Positions 1-11,369 are shown, counted from the stretch's first letter. The stretch is DNA of 64,000 bases from an uncultured delta proteobacterium (GCA_963712115.1 CAVQGX010000042.1:96001-160000); one strand, 5' to 3'. Program-made: numbers and translations. Notes: a model not told the origin generated them from the letters alone.

Positions 1-864
1 AAAACTCTCAAGGACTTCCTGGAGGAAGCTAAAGTTCTCGGCGTCGAGGGAATCGACACTCGGGCCCTTACCAAACACATCCGTACAGCAGGTGCCATGA
101 AGGGAATTATGGCAACCGGGGACAGAAGACCTGAGGAGCTGTTGAACAAGGTGCAAGCCTATCCTGGGCTTTTGGGCCGGGATCTGGTTTCAAATGTCAC
201 AACCTCTTCTCCATACCTGTGGCAGGGCGAGAGGCGGCCCCTGGAGTGGAAACCAGGCATGAGCGGAGTAGACGTCTGGCCAGACCCAAGACACCCTTAC
301 AAGGTGGTGGCCTTCGACTACGGGATCAAATACAACATATTGCGCCATCTGGCTAAGCGTGACTGCCATATTATCGTACTGCCTGCCAAGGCTAAACCAG
401 CTGACATCTTGGCCTTGGAACCCGATGGGCTCTTCCTGTCCAACGGCCCGGGAGACCCCGCCGGCGTTACTTACGCTATCGAGACAGTCCGCGCCCTTCT
501 GACCCAACTGCCCATCTTCGGCATCTGCTTAGGTCATCAACTCCTTGGTCTGGCCATGGGAGGCACCACTTTCAAACTCAAGTTTGGACACCGCGGCGGC
601 AACCAGCCAGTGAAGGATCTGCTCACCGGCAAAGTAGAAATAACCTCTCAGAATCACGGCTTCTGTGTGGACATAAATTCACTCAGGGACAAAGATGTGG
701 AACTCACCCACATCAACCTAAACGATCAGACACTTGAGGGCATGCGACACCGGAAATTGCCCGTCTATTCGGTCCAGTACCACCCAGAGGCCTCTCCAGG
801 CCCCCATGACGCGACATATCTCTTCGATGACTTCCTTACCCTTATGCAGAGAAAAAGCTGGTAG
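1..864 (+). CDS. carA: Carbamoyl-phosphate synthase small subunit (5'-truncated by window edge)
   Basis: Frame open from base 1 (KTLKDFLEEAKVLGVEGIDTRALTKHIR...). Contains the GATase motifs LSNGPGDP, GICLGHQ and QYHPE; directly upstream of carB. Confidence 0.97.
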   Translation, partial: KTLKDFLEEAKVLGVEGIDTRALTKHIRTAGAMKGIMATGDRRPEELLNKVQAYPGLLGRDLVSNVTTSSPYLWQGERRPLEWKPGMSGVDVWPDPRHPYKVVAFDYGIKYNILRHLAKRDCHIIVLPAKAKPADILALEPDGLFLSNGPGDPAGVTYAIETVRALLTQLPIFGICLGHQLLGLAMGGTTFKLKFGHRGGNQPVKDLLTGKVEITSQNHGFCVDINSLRDKDVELTHINLNDQTLEGMRHRKLPVYSVQYHPEASPGPHDATYLFDDFLTLMQRKSW

Positions 865-879
865 TGTGCCGTAATTCTG

Positions 880-1027
880 GACGCGGAGACGCGGTGAAAC
901 GGAGACACGGGGAGAAATACAAGAATAGTCAACTGATCACGTGCCAAGATAGGCCAAGAGAATACAGTTTTCAGCTAACAGATTCTTCGCTGGGTCGCCG
1001 TCTCGCCGTGTCACCGTGTCGCGCCGT
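880..1027. repeat. Inverted pair of 8-mer tandem arrays (GAC[A/G]CGGN ... NCCG[T/C]GTC) between carA and carB
   Basis: gacgcgga-gacgcggt-gaaacgga-gacacggg (880-914) faces tcgccgtc-tcgccgtg-tcaccgtg-tc (995-1020). Confidence 0.8.
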
Positions 1028-1096
1028 TTGCAGCTGAGCGTGAATTGAATACACCTTGAAGAGCAACATAGAAATGACCCCGGTTTAACCAAGTCC

Positions 1097-4000
1097 ATGC
1101 CTAAACGAACAGACATAAATAAAATCCTGATAATCGGTTCAGGTCCTATTATCATCAGTCAAGCATGTGAGTTCGACTACTCAGGTACTCAGGCCTGCAA
1201 AGCTCTTCGGGAAGAGGGTTTCGACATCGTTCTCATAAACAGTAACCCCGCCACTATCATGACCGACCCAGAGACGGCTCAGCGAACCTACATTGAGCCT
1301 ATTACCCCCGAATGCGTCGCCAAAGTCATTGAGCGAGAGAGGCCGGATGCCCTGTTACCCACACTTGGAGGTCAGACCGCACTCAACGTGGCGGTTGCCG
1401 TCGGCGAGATGGGTGTATTTGATCGTTACGGGGTGGAGGTAATAGGCGCTTCTTTGCCGGTGATCAAGAAAGGTGAGGATCGTGAGCTTTTCCGTGCTGC
1501 CATGGAGAACATCGGTCTGCGAGTGCCTGCCAGCCGCATTGCTCGCTCCATGAAAGAAGCACGCCAAGCAGCAGAGGAGATCGGTTATCCCCTTATTATT
1601 CGTCCCTCTTTCACCCTGGGAGGCACCGGAGGAGGTGTGGTCTACAACAGAGAAGATCTAGAAAACATGGCCCGTGCCGGCCTGGATGCCAGCATGATCG
1701 GGGCAATTATGCTGGAAGAATCGGTTTTGGGATGGAAGGAATTCGAACTGGAGGTAATGAGGGACCACATGGACAATGTGGTTATTATTTGCTCAATTGA
1801 AAATTTCGACCCCATGGGCATTCATACCGGTGACAGCATTACGGTGGCTCCGGCCCAGACCCTTACCGACCGCGAATATCAAGCCATGCGGGATGCCTCT
1901 ATTGCCGTTATCCGAGAGATCGGGGTAGAGACCGGGGGTTCCAACATTCAATTTGCCATCAATCCGGATACCGGTGAAATGGTCATTATCGAGATGAACC
2001 CGAGAGTGTCACGCTCCTCCGCCCTCGCCTCAAAAGCCACTGGTTTTCCCATTGCCAAGATCGCTGCTAAACTGGCCGTTGGCTACAGCCTGGACGAGAT
2101 TGCCAACGATATCACTCGAGAAACCCTGGCCTCCTTCGAACCAACAATTGACTATTGCGTGGTGAAGATCCCTCGCTGGACTTTTGAAAAGTTCCCTCGA
2201 ACTCAAGATATCCTGACCACATCGATGAAATCGGTGGGCGAAACCATGGCCATTGGCCGGACCTTCAAGGAAGCATTACAAAAGGCAGTGCGCTCATTGG
2301 AGATCGGCCGTCACTCTCTGGACAGTGGCCTGTCGCCCGAGTCTCTGAGTGACCCGGAATGCCGAAGTTTGATCCGCAAGAAGCTGCGTGAGCCAAATTC
2401 GGAAAGGCTTTTCTTTCTAACCGCTGCTATGCGGGCAGAAATTGACCTGGATGAAATATACCAACTCACCAAGATTGATCCCTGGTTCCTTCACAATATC
2501 AAGCAGATTGTGGATTTTGAGGACCACTTGCGGGGACAAGAGCTAACGGACGAGCTCTTGCACCTTTCCAAGACTTTCGGTTTTTCCGACCGCAGGTTAG
2601 CGGAGCTCACCGGCAGTGATGATGAAACCATCCGCTTGCGAAGATATAAGGCCAACATCCTTCCTGTGTACAAGCTGGTGGATACCTGCGCCGCTGAGTT
2701 TGAGGCTTTTACACCCTACTACTATTCTACCTATGAAACGGAGGATGAATCGAAACCCAGCGACGTCAGGAAAGTAATGATCCTGGGCGGCGGTCCCAAC
2801 CGAATCGGCCAGGGTATCGAATTTGATTATTGCTGTGTCCATGCCTCTTTCGCCTTGCGTGAGGAGGGGGTGCAGTCAATCATGGTCAATTCCAACCCGG
2901 AGACAGTGAGCACCGACTATGATACTTCTGACAAGCTTTACTTCGAGCCTCTTACATTTGAGGACGTTCTCCACATAGTCCAGCGCGAACAGCCGGAGGG
3001 CCTCATTGTCCAGTTTGGCGGCCAGACGCCGTTGAACCTCGCCGTTCCTTTAGCCAGGGCTGAGGCACCTATCATCGGAACCACCCCGGACAGTATTGAT
3101 CGGGCTGAGGATCGCGAGCGCTTCCAGGCTCTTCTCAATAAGCTTGGCCTGCGGCAACCCAAAAACGCCATTGCCACCACTGCTGCCGAGGCTCTGAAGG
3201 CAGCAGCCCAAATCGGCTACCCCGTGCTAGTGAGGCCCTCCTACGTTTTGGGCGGTCGTGCCATGGAAATAGTTTACCAACGAGAACAATTGGAGGCCTT
3301 TATTCAACAGGCGGTCCGCGTCGCCCCCGGCCACCCCATCCTGGTGGATCAATTTCTTCAAGACGCCATCGAGATTGACGTGGACGCAATCTCCGACGGG
3401 AATACCACCGTAATTGGCGGCATCATGGAACATATTGAGGAGGCGGGCATTCACTCTGGCGACAGTGCCTGTGTGCTTCCGCCCATTAGTATCTCCCAGG
3501 AAATCATTGAGGAAATAAAGGTTCAAACAAAGGCTCTTGCCAGAGAACTGGGAGTGGTAGGGTTGATGAACATTCAGTACGCGGTTAAGGACAACTTGCT
3601 CTATGTCCTCGAGGTGAACCCCCGGGCCTCCCGTACGGCACCCTTTGTTAGTAAGGCAATTGGTGTACCTCTTGCCAAGCTCGCCACCAAGATCATGCTG
3701 GGTAAGAGCCTAGCGGAACTCGGATTTACTCGGGAAGTGGAGCCGCCTCACCTAGCGGTGAAGGAGTCGGTGTTTCCTTTTATTCGCTTCCCCAACATAG
3801 ACATTCTCTTAGGACCGGAGATGAAATCCACCGGCGAAGTTATGGGCATCGACAAGACCTTCGGAATGGCCTTTGCCAAAGCTCAGTTAGCGGCGGGTTA
3901 TTCTCTACCGCTGAAGGGAAATGTGTTCATAAGCGTTCGAGATCAGGACAAGCCGGCCATATTAAAAGTTGCTAAGGATTTCGACAAACTCGGCTTCAAA

Positions 4001-4324
4001 ATCTACGCCACCCATGGCACTTCCGCTTTTCTCTCGCAACACGGATTACAAAACCTGATGGTGGCAAAATTAACCGAAGGACGTCCCCACGTCATAGACC
4101 ACATCAAAAACGATGAGATCAACTTGGTCATCAACACCAGTACAGGTAGAAAAACTGCTTCTGACGCTTATTTGATTCGGCGGGCTACCTTAGTTTATAA
4201 TCTTCCCTACGCAACAACCATTGCCGGAGCAAGAGCTTTTGTCCAGGCGATTGCCGCAATCTGTGAAGGAGAATTGCAGGTCACCTCTTTACAGGAGTAC
4301 CATGCCAACAGCTTAAAAAATTAG
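1097..4324 (+). CDS. carB: Carbamoyl-phosphate synthase large subunit
   Basis: 1075 aa; MPKRTDI...[17 protein letters not shown] start, duplicated ATP-grasp halves, C-terminal MGS-like domain. Confidence 0.99.
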   Translation: MPKRTDINKILIIGSGPIIISQACEFDYSGTQACKALREEGFDIVLINSNPATIMTDPETAQRTYIEPITPECVAKVIERERPDALLPTLGGQTALNVAVAVGEMGVFDRYGVEVIGASLPVIKKGEDRELFRAAMENIGLRVPASRIARSMKEARQAAEEIGYPLIIRPSFTLGGTGGGVVYNREDLENMARAGLDASMIGAIMLEESVLGWKEFELEVMRDHMDNVVIICSIENFDPMGIHTGDSITVAPAQTLTDREYQAMRDASIAVIREIGVETGGSNIQFAINPDTGEMVIIEMNPRVSRSSALASKATGFPIAKIAAKLAVGYSLDEIANDITRETLASFEPTIDYCVVKIPRWTFEKFPRTQDILTTSMKSVGETMAIGRTFKEALQKAVRSLEIGRHSLDSGLSPESLSDPECRSLIRKKLREPNSERLFFLTAAMRAEIDLDEIYQLTKIDPWFLHNIKQIVDFEDHLRGQELTDELLHLSKTFGFSDRRLAELTGSDDETIRLRRYKANILPVYKLVDTCAAEFEAFTPYYYSTYETEDESKPSDVRKVMILGGGPNRIGQGIEFDYCCVHASFALREEGVQSIMVNSNPETVSTDYDTSDKLYFEPLTFEDVLHIVQREQPEGLIVQFGGQTPLNLAVPLARAEAPIIGTTPDSIDRAEDRERFQALLNKLGLRQPKNAIATTAAEALKAAAQIGYPVLVRPSYVLGGRAMEIVYQREQLEAFIQQAVRVAPGHPILVDQFLQDAIEIDVDAISDGNTTVIGGIMEHIEEAGIHSGDSACVLPPISISQEIIEEIKVQTKALARELGVVGLMNIQYAVKDNLLYVLEVNPRASRTAPFVSKAIGVPLAKLATKIMLGKSLAELGFTREVEPPHLAVKESVFPFIRFPNIDILLGPEMKSTGEVMGIDKTFGMAFAKAQLAAGYSLPLKGNVFISVRDQDKPAILKVAKDFDKLGFKIYATHGTSAFLSQHGLQNLMVAKLTEGRPHVIDHIKNDEINLVINTSTGRKTASDAYLIRRATLVYNLPYATTIAGARAFVQAIAAICEGELQVTSLQEYHANSLKN

Positions 4325-4334
4325 CGATGGTGCA

Positions 4335-4560
4335 TTTGAGGAGGCATGGAGCATAGAGTAAAGCGAGACGGGATCAGATGTCTGAGGTCAGGGGTAAATC
4401 TGATCTCTGATCTCCGACTTCTGACCTCTGGGATAGACGATTTGAACGAATTCAACGACTTTAACGATTTAAACGACCCATGACCCACAACCTTTTACCT
4501 ATAATTAATTTTAGACATTTTAGGCATTTTAGTTCATTTTAGGCACTTTAGACATTTGAC
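4335..4560 (+). repeat. Composite ordered repeat block (GCATAGA 7-mers, TCAGAGG/CCTCTGA hairpin, AACGA(C/T)TT 9-mers, TTTAG(A/G)CA(C/T) 9-mers)
   Basis: Arrays visible directly between carB and purF; same module order at 41438-41756 (reverse) and 56755-57030. Confidence 0.85.
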
Positions 4561-4572
4561 TAGGAACTGATC

Positions 4573-6012
4573 TTGCAGAACCGCATAATAATCCCTGATG
4601 GCAGACCAAAGGAAGAGTGCGGTATCTTCGGTATTTATGGACACGAAGACACGGCTCGTCTTACTTATTTCGGACTCTATGCTCTCCAGCATCGAGGCCA
4701 GGAGAGCGCTGGAATTAGTGTTTCTGACGGTCGATTAATGCTCCATCACAAGGGCATGGGTCTGGTGAGCGAAATTTTCGACGAGGATATCCTCGCCAGC
4801 CTAAAGGGCTATCTTGGCATTGGACATGTGCGCTATTCTACCACTGGCTCGTCCGTTCTCGTCAATGCCCAACCCTTCTGCATCACTCACTCAGGCTGCA
4901 GCCTCTCCATTGCTCATAACGGAAACCTGGTCAATGCCCACAGCTTGAAATGTGAATTGGAGCAGCGGGGCTCGATCTTTCAAACAACCATGGACAGTGA
5001 GGTAATCGTTCACCTTATTGCCCGCCAGCTTACCCATGGACTGGAAGAGGCACTTATCAGCGCCCTGAGTGAGATTAAAGGTGCTTACTCGCTGGTAATC
5101 GCCGCAGAAGACCAGATAATTGGCGCCCGCGACCCCTATGGCTTTCGCCCCATGTGCCTGGGCATGATTGATAACGACGCCTATGTGATTACTTCAGAAA
5201 CTTGCGCCCTTGACCTGATAGGAGCTCGCTACCTTCGAGACGTCCAGCCGGGAGAGGTAGTCTTCATCGATGGGAATGGACTCAGGTCCCGACACCTCCC
5301 TAATCCTGGTCGCACAGCCTTCTGCATCTTCGAGTTCATCTACTTTGCCCGCCCGGACAGCAATATTTTTGGACAGAATGTTTATATGGCCCGTAAACGC
5401 CTGGGACACGAGATGGCCAGTGAGTATAAGGTGGATGCAGATATAGTCATGCCATTTCCTGACTCCGGTAACTATGCCGCCCTTGGATTCGCCGAGGCAT
5501 CTGGCATTCCATTGGAAATGGGCGTAATCCGTAACCACTACGTGGGCCGCACTTTTATCGAGCCTACCCAGGCCATGCGGGACTTCCATGTAAGAGTAAA
5601 ACTGAATCCCGTGCGCCCTCTATTGATCGACAAGCGACTCCTCATAATAGAAGACTCCATCGTTCGCGGTACCACCACCAAAAATCGTGTCAAGACACTC
5701 AGGAAAGCAGGCGCCAAGGAAGTTCATATGGCTGTCAGCTGTCCGCCCCATCGCTTCCCCTGCTTTTACGGCATTGACTTTCCTACCCGAAAAGAACTCA
5801 TCGCAGCCACCCATTCTGTTGATGAGATCAAGAAATTCTTAGGGCTTGATACCCTGCATTATTTGAGTCTTGAAGGACTCCTCCAAGCAATTAATCTGGA
5901 CAGGGAAGGCTTTTGCCTTGCCTGCTTCACTGGAGAGTATCCAGTTAGTTTCACCGATGACCTTCATAAGCACTGCATGGAAACAAATTCGGTTTCACGC
6001 CAACAGCTTTGA
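4573..6012 (+). CDS. purF: Amidophosphoribosyltransferase
   Basis: Propeptide followed by EEC/GIFG N-terminal nucleophile; LQHRGQESAG, GHVRYST and EDSIVRGTT motifs; Fe-S cysteines (CIFE, CFYG, CLAC). Confidence 0.98.
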   Translation: MQNRIIIPDGRPKEECGIFGIYGHEDTARLTYFGLYALQHRGQESAGISVSDGRLMLHHKGMGLVSEIFDEDILASLKGYLGIGHVRYSTTGSSVLVNAQPFCITHSGCSLSIAHNGNLVNAHSLKCELEQRGSIFQTTMDSEVIVHLIARQLTHGLEEALISALSEIKGAYSLVIAAEDQIIGARDPYGFRPMCLGMIDNDAYVITSETCALDLIGARYLRDVQPGEVVFIDGNGLRSRHLPNPGRTAFCIFEFIYFARPDSNIFGQNVYMARKRLGHEMASEYKVDADIVMPFPDSGNYAALGFAEASGIPLEMGVIRNHYVGRTFIEPTQAMRDFHVRVKLNPVRPLLIDKRLLIIEDSIVRGTTTKNRVKTLRKAGAKEVHMAVSCPPHRFPCFYGIDFPTRKELIAATHSVDEIKKFLGLDTLHYLSLEGLLQAINLDREGFCLACFTGEYPVSFTDDLHKHCMETNSVSRQQL

Positions 6013-6045
6013 AATGTCAATCCTCCATAAAAAAAGAATCAGTGA

Positions 6046-7068
6046 GTGAGTGTTATGGTTAAACCCAATAAGAGTAATCAACGCCGGGGTGCAGTTAAAA
6101 TCATTCGCGAAGCAAAGGATGTGCTCCGAATTGAAGCAGAGGGCATCTACAGTCTCATCGATCGGGTAGGGGATGAATTCGCCGAAGCTGTGCAGTGGAT
6201 CTACAAGGCTCGCGGGCGAGTGATTGTTACCGGCATCGGTAAATCAGGAATAGTTGGCCGCAAGGTTGTCGCCACGCTCAATAGCACCGGCACTCAATCG
6301 CTTTTTTTGCATCCAGTGGAAGCCATGCACGGTGATCTCGGAATGGTTAGTCCGGACGACATTATCCTGGTTTTATCCAGCAGCGGTGAAACTGATGAAC
6401 TGAAGATGATTCTGCCGACCTTAAAAGATTTGGGAACACGGATTATCTGTTTCACCGGGAATACCGACTCTACCCTGGGTCGCAACAGCGACCTCACTGT
6501 CTACGCCGGGGTTGAACGAGAGGCCTGTCCCTTTGGTTTGGCCCCAACAGCCAGCACCACCGCCATGCTCGCCCTGGGCGACGCACTTTGCGTCGCACTC
6601 ATCAACCGGCGCAGGTTTCAGCCCGCAGATTTCCATCGCTGCCATCCTGGCGGAGTGTTGGGAGAAAGACTGCGAGTACCAATTGAGATGATTATGCGTA
6701 CCGGCTCCAGTATCCCAAAAGTCCAAGAAAAAACTCTGGTGGGTGAAGCCATTAAGGAAATGGATGACAAGACTTTGGGGGCAACCCTTGTAATGGGTGA
6801 TGCTGACAGGCTGGTAGGGATTGTAACTGACGGTGATCTGCGGCGTGGATTATGCAGGTATGAAAGGTTGTTGGAAAAGCCTGTCAAAGCCATTATGACT
6901 AAGAACCCCAAGGCTGTCTACGTTAGTGGCTTTGTTGCAGACGCCCTGGAGATAATGGAACAAAATGAAATCACCGTGCTACCCGTGGTGGGTCCAAAGG
7001 GTCAGTTGTTGGGAATTATTCATCTTCACGACCTCCTTGGCAAAGGACACATAAAGTTTACCATGTAA
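6046..7068 (+). CDS. kdsD: KpsF/GutQ-family arabinose-5-phosphate isomerase (SIS + CBS pair)
   Basis: GIGKSG, EAMHGDLG, APTASTT and HPGG motifs; C-terminal CBS domains (GIVTDGDLRR). Confidence 0.9.
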   Translation: MSVMVKPNKSNQRRGAVKIIREAKDVLRIEAEGIYSLIDRVGDEFAEAVQWIYKARGRVIVTGIGKSGIVGRKVVATLNSTGTQSLFLHPVEAMHGDLGMVSPDDIILVLSSSGETDELKMILPTLKDLGTRIICFTGNTDSTLGRNSDLTVYAGVEREACPFGLAPTASTTAMLALGDALCVALINRRRFQPADFHRCHPGGVLGERLRVPIEMIMRTGSSIPKVQEKTLVGEAIKEMDDKTLGATLVMGDADRLVGIVTDGDLRRGLCRYERLLEKPVKAIMTKNPKAVYVSGFVADALEIMEQNEITVLPVVGPKGQLLGIIHLHDLLGKGHIKFTM

Positions 7069-7073
7069 GTAAA

Positions 7074-7235
7074 CAAATATCGAAATCCGAAGCACGAAGC
7101 ACTAAACAAATCCAAAATCCTAATTTCCCAATGTTCAAAACGAAAACGGCGCAAAAGAGGAGTCTAGAGTTTGGGTCATTTGGAAATTTGAAAATTTGAA
7201 TTTGTTTAGGATTTCGATATTAGGATTTCGGATTT
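7074..7235. repeat. ~160-bp imperfect palindromic element, family copy 1
   Basis: aaatccgaagcacgaagcactaaacaaatcc...aatgttcaaaac paired with gtttgggtcatttg...tttgtttaggatttcgatattaggatttcggattt; related copies at 30828-30987 and 33374-33532. Confidence 0.85.
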
Positions 7236-7300
7236 CAGTACTCCTGCATTAGACCTCCGTGGTGCTTATCAACTCGCGGCATCGTTTTAGGATATGGTTA

Positions 7301-8242
7301 ATGAATAAGCCCGTCACCCCTAGAGGTCTTATCTGTTCGCTGGCCCTGGTGCCAAACCCCGAAAACCGTTCAGTTTACCGGGGTCTCGAGTCACTCATAG
7401 CTCGATTGCAGCCAGCAGTTGCGGGTCTGTTTTTGGATCCTATGTTCTGGTGCCCCGACGCCAACTGCTGTGGCCCGGCTTCATCCTCCTTGCTGGAGGA
7501 GGCAATTGGCCTAGCACCTCCTGACCTTCCTCTTTGGGTGCGTATTACCGGCACATCTGCAGAGCAGACTATACACATCTGCCACCAACTGGAAAATGCC
7601 TGTCGTCGTCTCAAATACCGCGGCCCCCTCGCCTGGGTGGACACACCACTCTTCTACCACAGTAATCGTGGCCTGCCCGAATACTACCAAAGCCTCCTTG
7701 CAGATACGGAATTCAACCTGATCGTCGATAACGACCCACAACTAATAAGAAAAATCGGAGACACGACCAAGCGGAAGAATATCCGGACGGCCGTTTTGAA
7801 AAAACTTGTTCAAGAGCCCCGTTTGGTAGCACTTGTGCACCGAGGTGATCTCAGACGTGGGATAAATTACCAGAGAGCAGTGCGGAGCAGATCCGACTTC
7901 TTAGTCTATGACGGGAGGGAAAGTAATTTCCTTAAACGCCCCAGCTCCAGTGGAGTGCTTTCAGTAGGAGCCAATCTCTTGCCCTACGAGTGGAGGACCA
8001 TCACCTTAGCCTCACTCAACTTGGAAGACAGTCATTTCGCTCAGGCCAGCAGCTTCCGCCATCTGTGGGAAGCCGGCCAGCGAGTTCGAACTTTACAAAG
8101 ACACTACAAACAAGCTCCCGTCCGTATCATTCCGGCGGTACTTGCCGCCTGGGGGTTGATATCAGGGAAAACCGAAGGTTTGATGACCCACGAAGAAGAA
8201 AGGGCGACAGAAATAATCCTGGAACATCTTCCAGAGCCTTAA
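7301..8242 (+). CDS. Dihydrodipicolinate-synthase-like (class I aldolase fold) protein, catalytic residues apparently degenerate
   Basis: DTPLFYHSNRGL, LIVDNDP and GVLSVGANLLP segments resemble the DHDPS family. ATG at 7301 preferred over GTG at 7259. Confidence 0.6.
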   Translation: MNKPVTPRGLICSLALVPNPENRSVYRGLESLIARLQPAVAGLFLDPMFWCPDANCCGPASSSLLEEAIGLAPPDLPLWVRITGTSAEQTIHICHQLENACRRLKYRGPLAWVDTPLFYHSNRGLPEYYQSLLADTEFNLIVDNDPQLIRKIGDTTKRKNIRTAVLKKLVQEPRLVALVHRGDLRRGINYQRAVRSRSDFLVYDGRESNFLKRPSSSGVLSVGANLLPYEWRTITLASLNLEDSHFAQASSFRHLWEAGQRVRTLQRHYKQAPVRIIPAVLAAWGLISGKTEGLMTHEEERATEIILEHLPEP

Positions 8243-8322
8243 AGTAGTGCAGCCCCTCGTGCTTCACTGCCTTTTAAGACGGATCACTGATCCGCCTTCG
8301 GCGGAACAACGGATATGTTTGA

Positions 8323-10165
8323 ATGTACACAAACTTTATATACTTCATAGTCGTCCTGCTTATCTTCTCTACTCAGCAGCCAGCCCCAACACCACGGCTC
8401 TCCTTATTTTTTACTTTTGCCTCTAGCCTTACTCTGCTGTTCCTCTTCGGACTCATCAACAGGCAGGTTTTCAGAGGGTTGGCAGCAAAAATGTCGAGGG
8501 TTACGGTGAGCACTCATTTGGCGGTTCTCTACCATCGCAGCGTAACCCGCCAATCGCTTTTGGCTCTCGTCTTTTTTTGTGCTCAGATCTATCTGCTTGA
8601 TATCAAATACTACCTCTCTACTGTTGCCCTCATTCGTTTTAGTTTCACTCTTCAAGGATTAGCTGGCTTAGTGATATTTTTGCTCCACCTGGCAATCGTC
8701 TGGTTTTACAGCTACGAATGCCAGCTGCCGCTTCTCCTCCGACACTTTCTCCAGGGTATCAATCGTAACTCACAACCTTAAGTTTAATCTCGCCATCCTT
8801 TTGCCTTGGCTCCTCATTTCAGGCAGCTTCGATCTTATACAACTCTTGCCCCTTGGCTCGATACACGACCAACTTAATACTCCTGTGGGCCAGGTTCTTT
8901 TCTTCGCCCTGCTAATGATCATATTCATGATCTTTGCCCCACCCCTTGTGGTGCGTCTTTGGAGTTGTCAGCCTCTGGAGCCGGGAACGAGAAGATCACT
9001 CATCGAGAGGTTTTGTCAAAAAGAGAATTTCCATGTCCGAGAGATAGTTCTTTGGCCCGGCCAAGGCGGGGTTTTTATAACCGCTGGAGTTATGGGGCTG
9101 TTTGGTCGTTACCGCTATCTTTTAGTAACCCAAGGGCTTCTCGATATTCTCGACGACGAAGAATTGCGTTCAGTCCTGGCCCACGAGATGGGCCATGTGA
9201 AAGAATACCATCTATTTTTCTATCTTATATTTTTGCTTGGCTATCTTGTCCTTGCCTACCCCATCTCTGGTATTTCTTTTTTGTTGGTGCTGACTAGCGA
9301 CCTGCCACTGACTCTGATGATTAGGACCGATTATGAATTCATGACCTTAATTTCTATACTCTCCACCCTCCCTTTGTTAGTCTTGCTGGTCTTCTATTTT
9401 CGTTTCCTCTTTGGCTTTTTTATCCGTAACTTTGAGAGACAGGCTGACCTTTATGGACTCTCGGTCATGGGCAGACCTTATCCGTTGATTTCGGCTTTGG
9501 AAAAGGTAGCTTTTTACAGTGGCAACATTCGGGATGTACCCAGCTGGCATCACTTCAGCATTAAAGAACGGGTTGATTTTCTTACTGAGGCAGCGGGCAA
9601 TCCTTCCCTGTCGAGAAACCACCGTGGCAAAATCAGAAAAGCACTATCAGGATACTTGGTGGGAATTATCGCAGTTGGTGTTTTCGGTTACCTCTTTTAC
9701 TCCGGAGCGGTGGGCAAACAGTACAATGAACAACTAAACTTCAAGATGCTCAGCAGTCTGGTCCAACTGGAACCTGACAATCCCCTCCTCCAATTGCGAC
9801 TCGGAACACTTTACTACACCCGGCATCAACCTAAACAAGCTGTTTTCCATTTGCAGCGCGCCCTGGAACTAGACCCAAACAACCCCGACATTCTGAACAA
9901 TTTGGCCTGGGTTTTCGCCACCAGCAAAGAAGCTCCCCTATTCCAACCGGAAAAAGCCCTTGTCCTGGCTGAAAAAGCAGCGACTAGTTCCCAACAATCT
10001 CATATCCTGGACACCTTGGCGGAGTCTTATTACGTAAATGGCCTAACCATAAAGGCTTTGGCCACGGCTGAGAAGGCTCTGGCAGCTGCATCCGGAGACT
10101 CTTCTTATTATGTCAAACAGGTGGAGAGATTCCGTGCCGAGCTTCAGCAGCAGCAATTTAGATAG
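8323..10165 (+). pseudogene. M48-family (Ste24/HtpX-like) membrane metallopeptidase with C-terminal TPRs, split by a frameshift near 8730
   Basis: HEMGH zinc motif, FERQAD and TPRs in 8801-10165. That frame is open upstream to ~8732 (FSSDTFSRVSIVTHNLKFNLAILLPW) and overlaps the hydrophobic 8323-8781 ORF. The frameshift may be an assembly error. Confidence 0.8.
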
Positions 10166-10185
10166 AACCATGGCTTCACGACCCT

Positions 10186-10262
10186 GAGGGGAACGAAGGG
10201 GCGATGACGGCGAGGTAAGCATTTTTCTCCGTGTCCCCGTTTCGCCGTGTCTGCGCGTCGCT
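10186..10262. repeat. 8-mer array element sharing a core with 25470-25530
   Basis: Core agg(t/c)aagcatttttctccg(t/c)gtc(c/t)ccgttt present at both loci. Confidence 0.7.
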
Positions 10263-10325
10263 CAGTTGAAGGGGGATAGATACTGGATAAAAGAAGCAAG
10301 GCCCAGGCCCAGAGGTCACTAACTC

Positions 10326-11369
10326 TTAATATCTGAGCATGGTGCTCATATTGTGTAGAGCAGCACTTATAGAGGCGGCAAGATTGTAGCGATGGTTTGC
10401 CAAAATATCATCATCTTGGCTATTGGTAATAAGCCAAGGGGCGCACTCCGAACCCCGTTTTAAATTCTCCACGATCTTATCCATCAATGCCAACGCATCA
10501 ATGGTCTGCAACTGCTCGACAAAGCCCACCCGAACAGTTTTGAGGATTTCATACATTACGTGGGTCACTCCCTGGCAATAATAAAAATAATTATCAGCTT
10601 GAAAGTGGCTGACCCGTGACCCATCCGGCTCCGTCTCTTTAACCAGGTTCTCGTGGCAATTGCCAAGGAGGTCCTTGTAAGAAGCAATGAGAGAAAGCAA
10701 GTTGTCCGTGCGGTAATAGAAGCGACTTTTCCCCTGCTTAAGATTTTCGAGAAATCCCTGCAGTTCTTTGAGCGCATCCTTATACTGGCTCTCGGTTGAC
10801 GGAAACCAAAATTGATCCGCTCTGTTCATCAGCAAGTTCACCGCCTCTACTAAATGGGGATCATAGGCGTCGGCATCGCCAAAACGGGTCAAAGTCTCCT
10901 TCAGTTTGATGGCCGTATAGCGCATCGCCTCGAGAGCCCCCAACTGATACTCGTTGACATTGTCGGTAAGTCTGCCGATGAGCAAATCATTTGGCCGCCA
11001 ACCCCAAAAACGCCCATTAAGCTCATAGTCTAATAGTTCGGTCAGTTTTTCGGTGAAAGCCACTCCGGCAATCTCAGTGGAGACTAGCTTTTCAGTTGCG
11101 GTGCGGGGCGTCAAGCTGGGCTCAGAAATCGCCTCTTGCTTTTCGGCGACCTCACCTTTTACCTCCTTTTGAGGTGTTTCAACCTCTGTGGTGACTGCAC
11201 CACTTGATTCGACCACTTCCTTCGACGGACCATCCTCGAAACAACCTGTAAAAAAAGCGCAAAAAATAAGGAGGATACCCAGGTTGCTTAGAAAGAAGCG
11301 AAAAAGTTGCAAGTAGTAGTTGCCATTGCTGGCTCTGGAAAACCCTTTGCTGCGCCGCACAAACCTCAC
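10326..11369 (-). CDS. DUF2333-like protein, probable lipoprotein
   Basis: GWRPND...DNVNEYQLG and ADNYFY motifs recalled from DUF2333; hydrophobic segment ending FTGC. Confidence 0.7.
   Translation of the reverse strand: MRFVRRSKGFSRASNGNYYLQLFRFFLSNLGILLIFCAFFTGCFEDGPSKEVVESSGAVTTEVETPQKEVKGEVAEKQEAISEPSLTPRTATEKLVSTEIAGVAFTEKLTELLDYELNGRFWGWRPNDLLIGRLTDNVNEYQLGALEAMRYTAIKLKETLTRFGDADAYDPHLVEAVNLLMNRADQFWFPSTESQYKDALKELQGFLENLKQGKSRFYYRTDNLLSLIASYKDLLGNCHENLVKETEPDGSRVSHFQADNYFYYCQGVTHVMYEILKTVRVGFVEQLQTIDALALMDKIVENLKRGSECAPWLITNSQDDDILANHRYNLAASISAALHNMSTMLRY

Noticed and set aside
4335-4560. Repeat arrays as a CRISPR array
   Set aside because: Units are 7-9 bp and contiguous, with no 23-47 bp repeats separated by unique spacers; no cas genes in the window.
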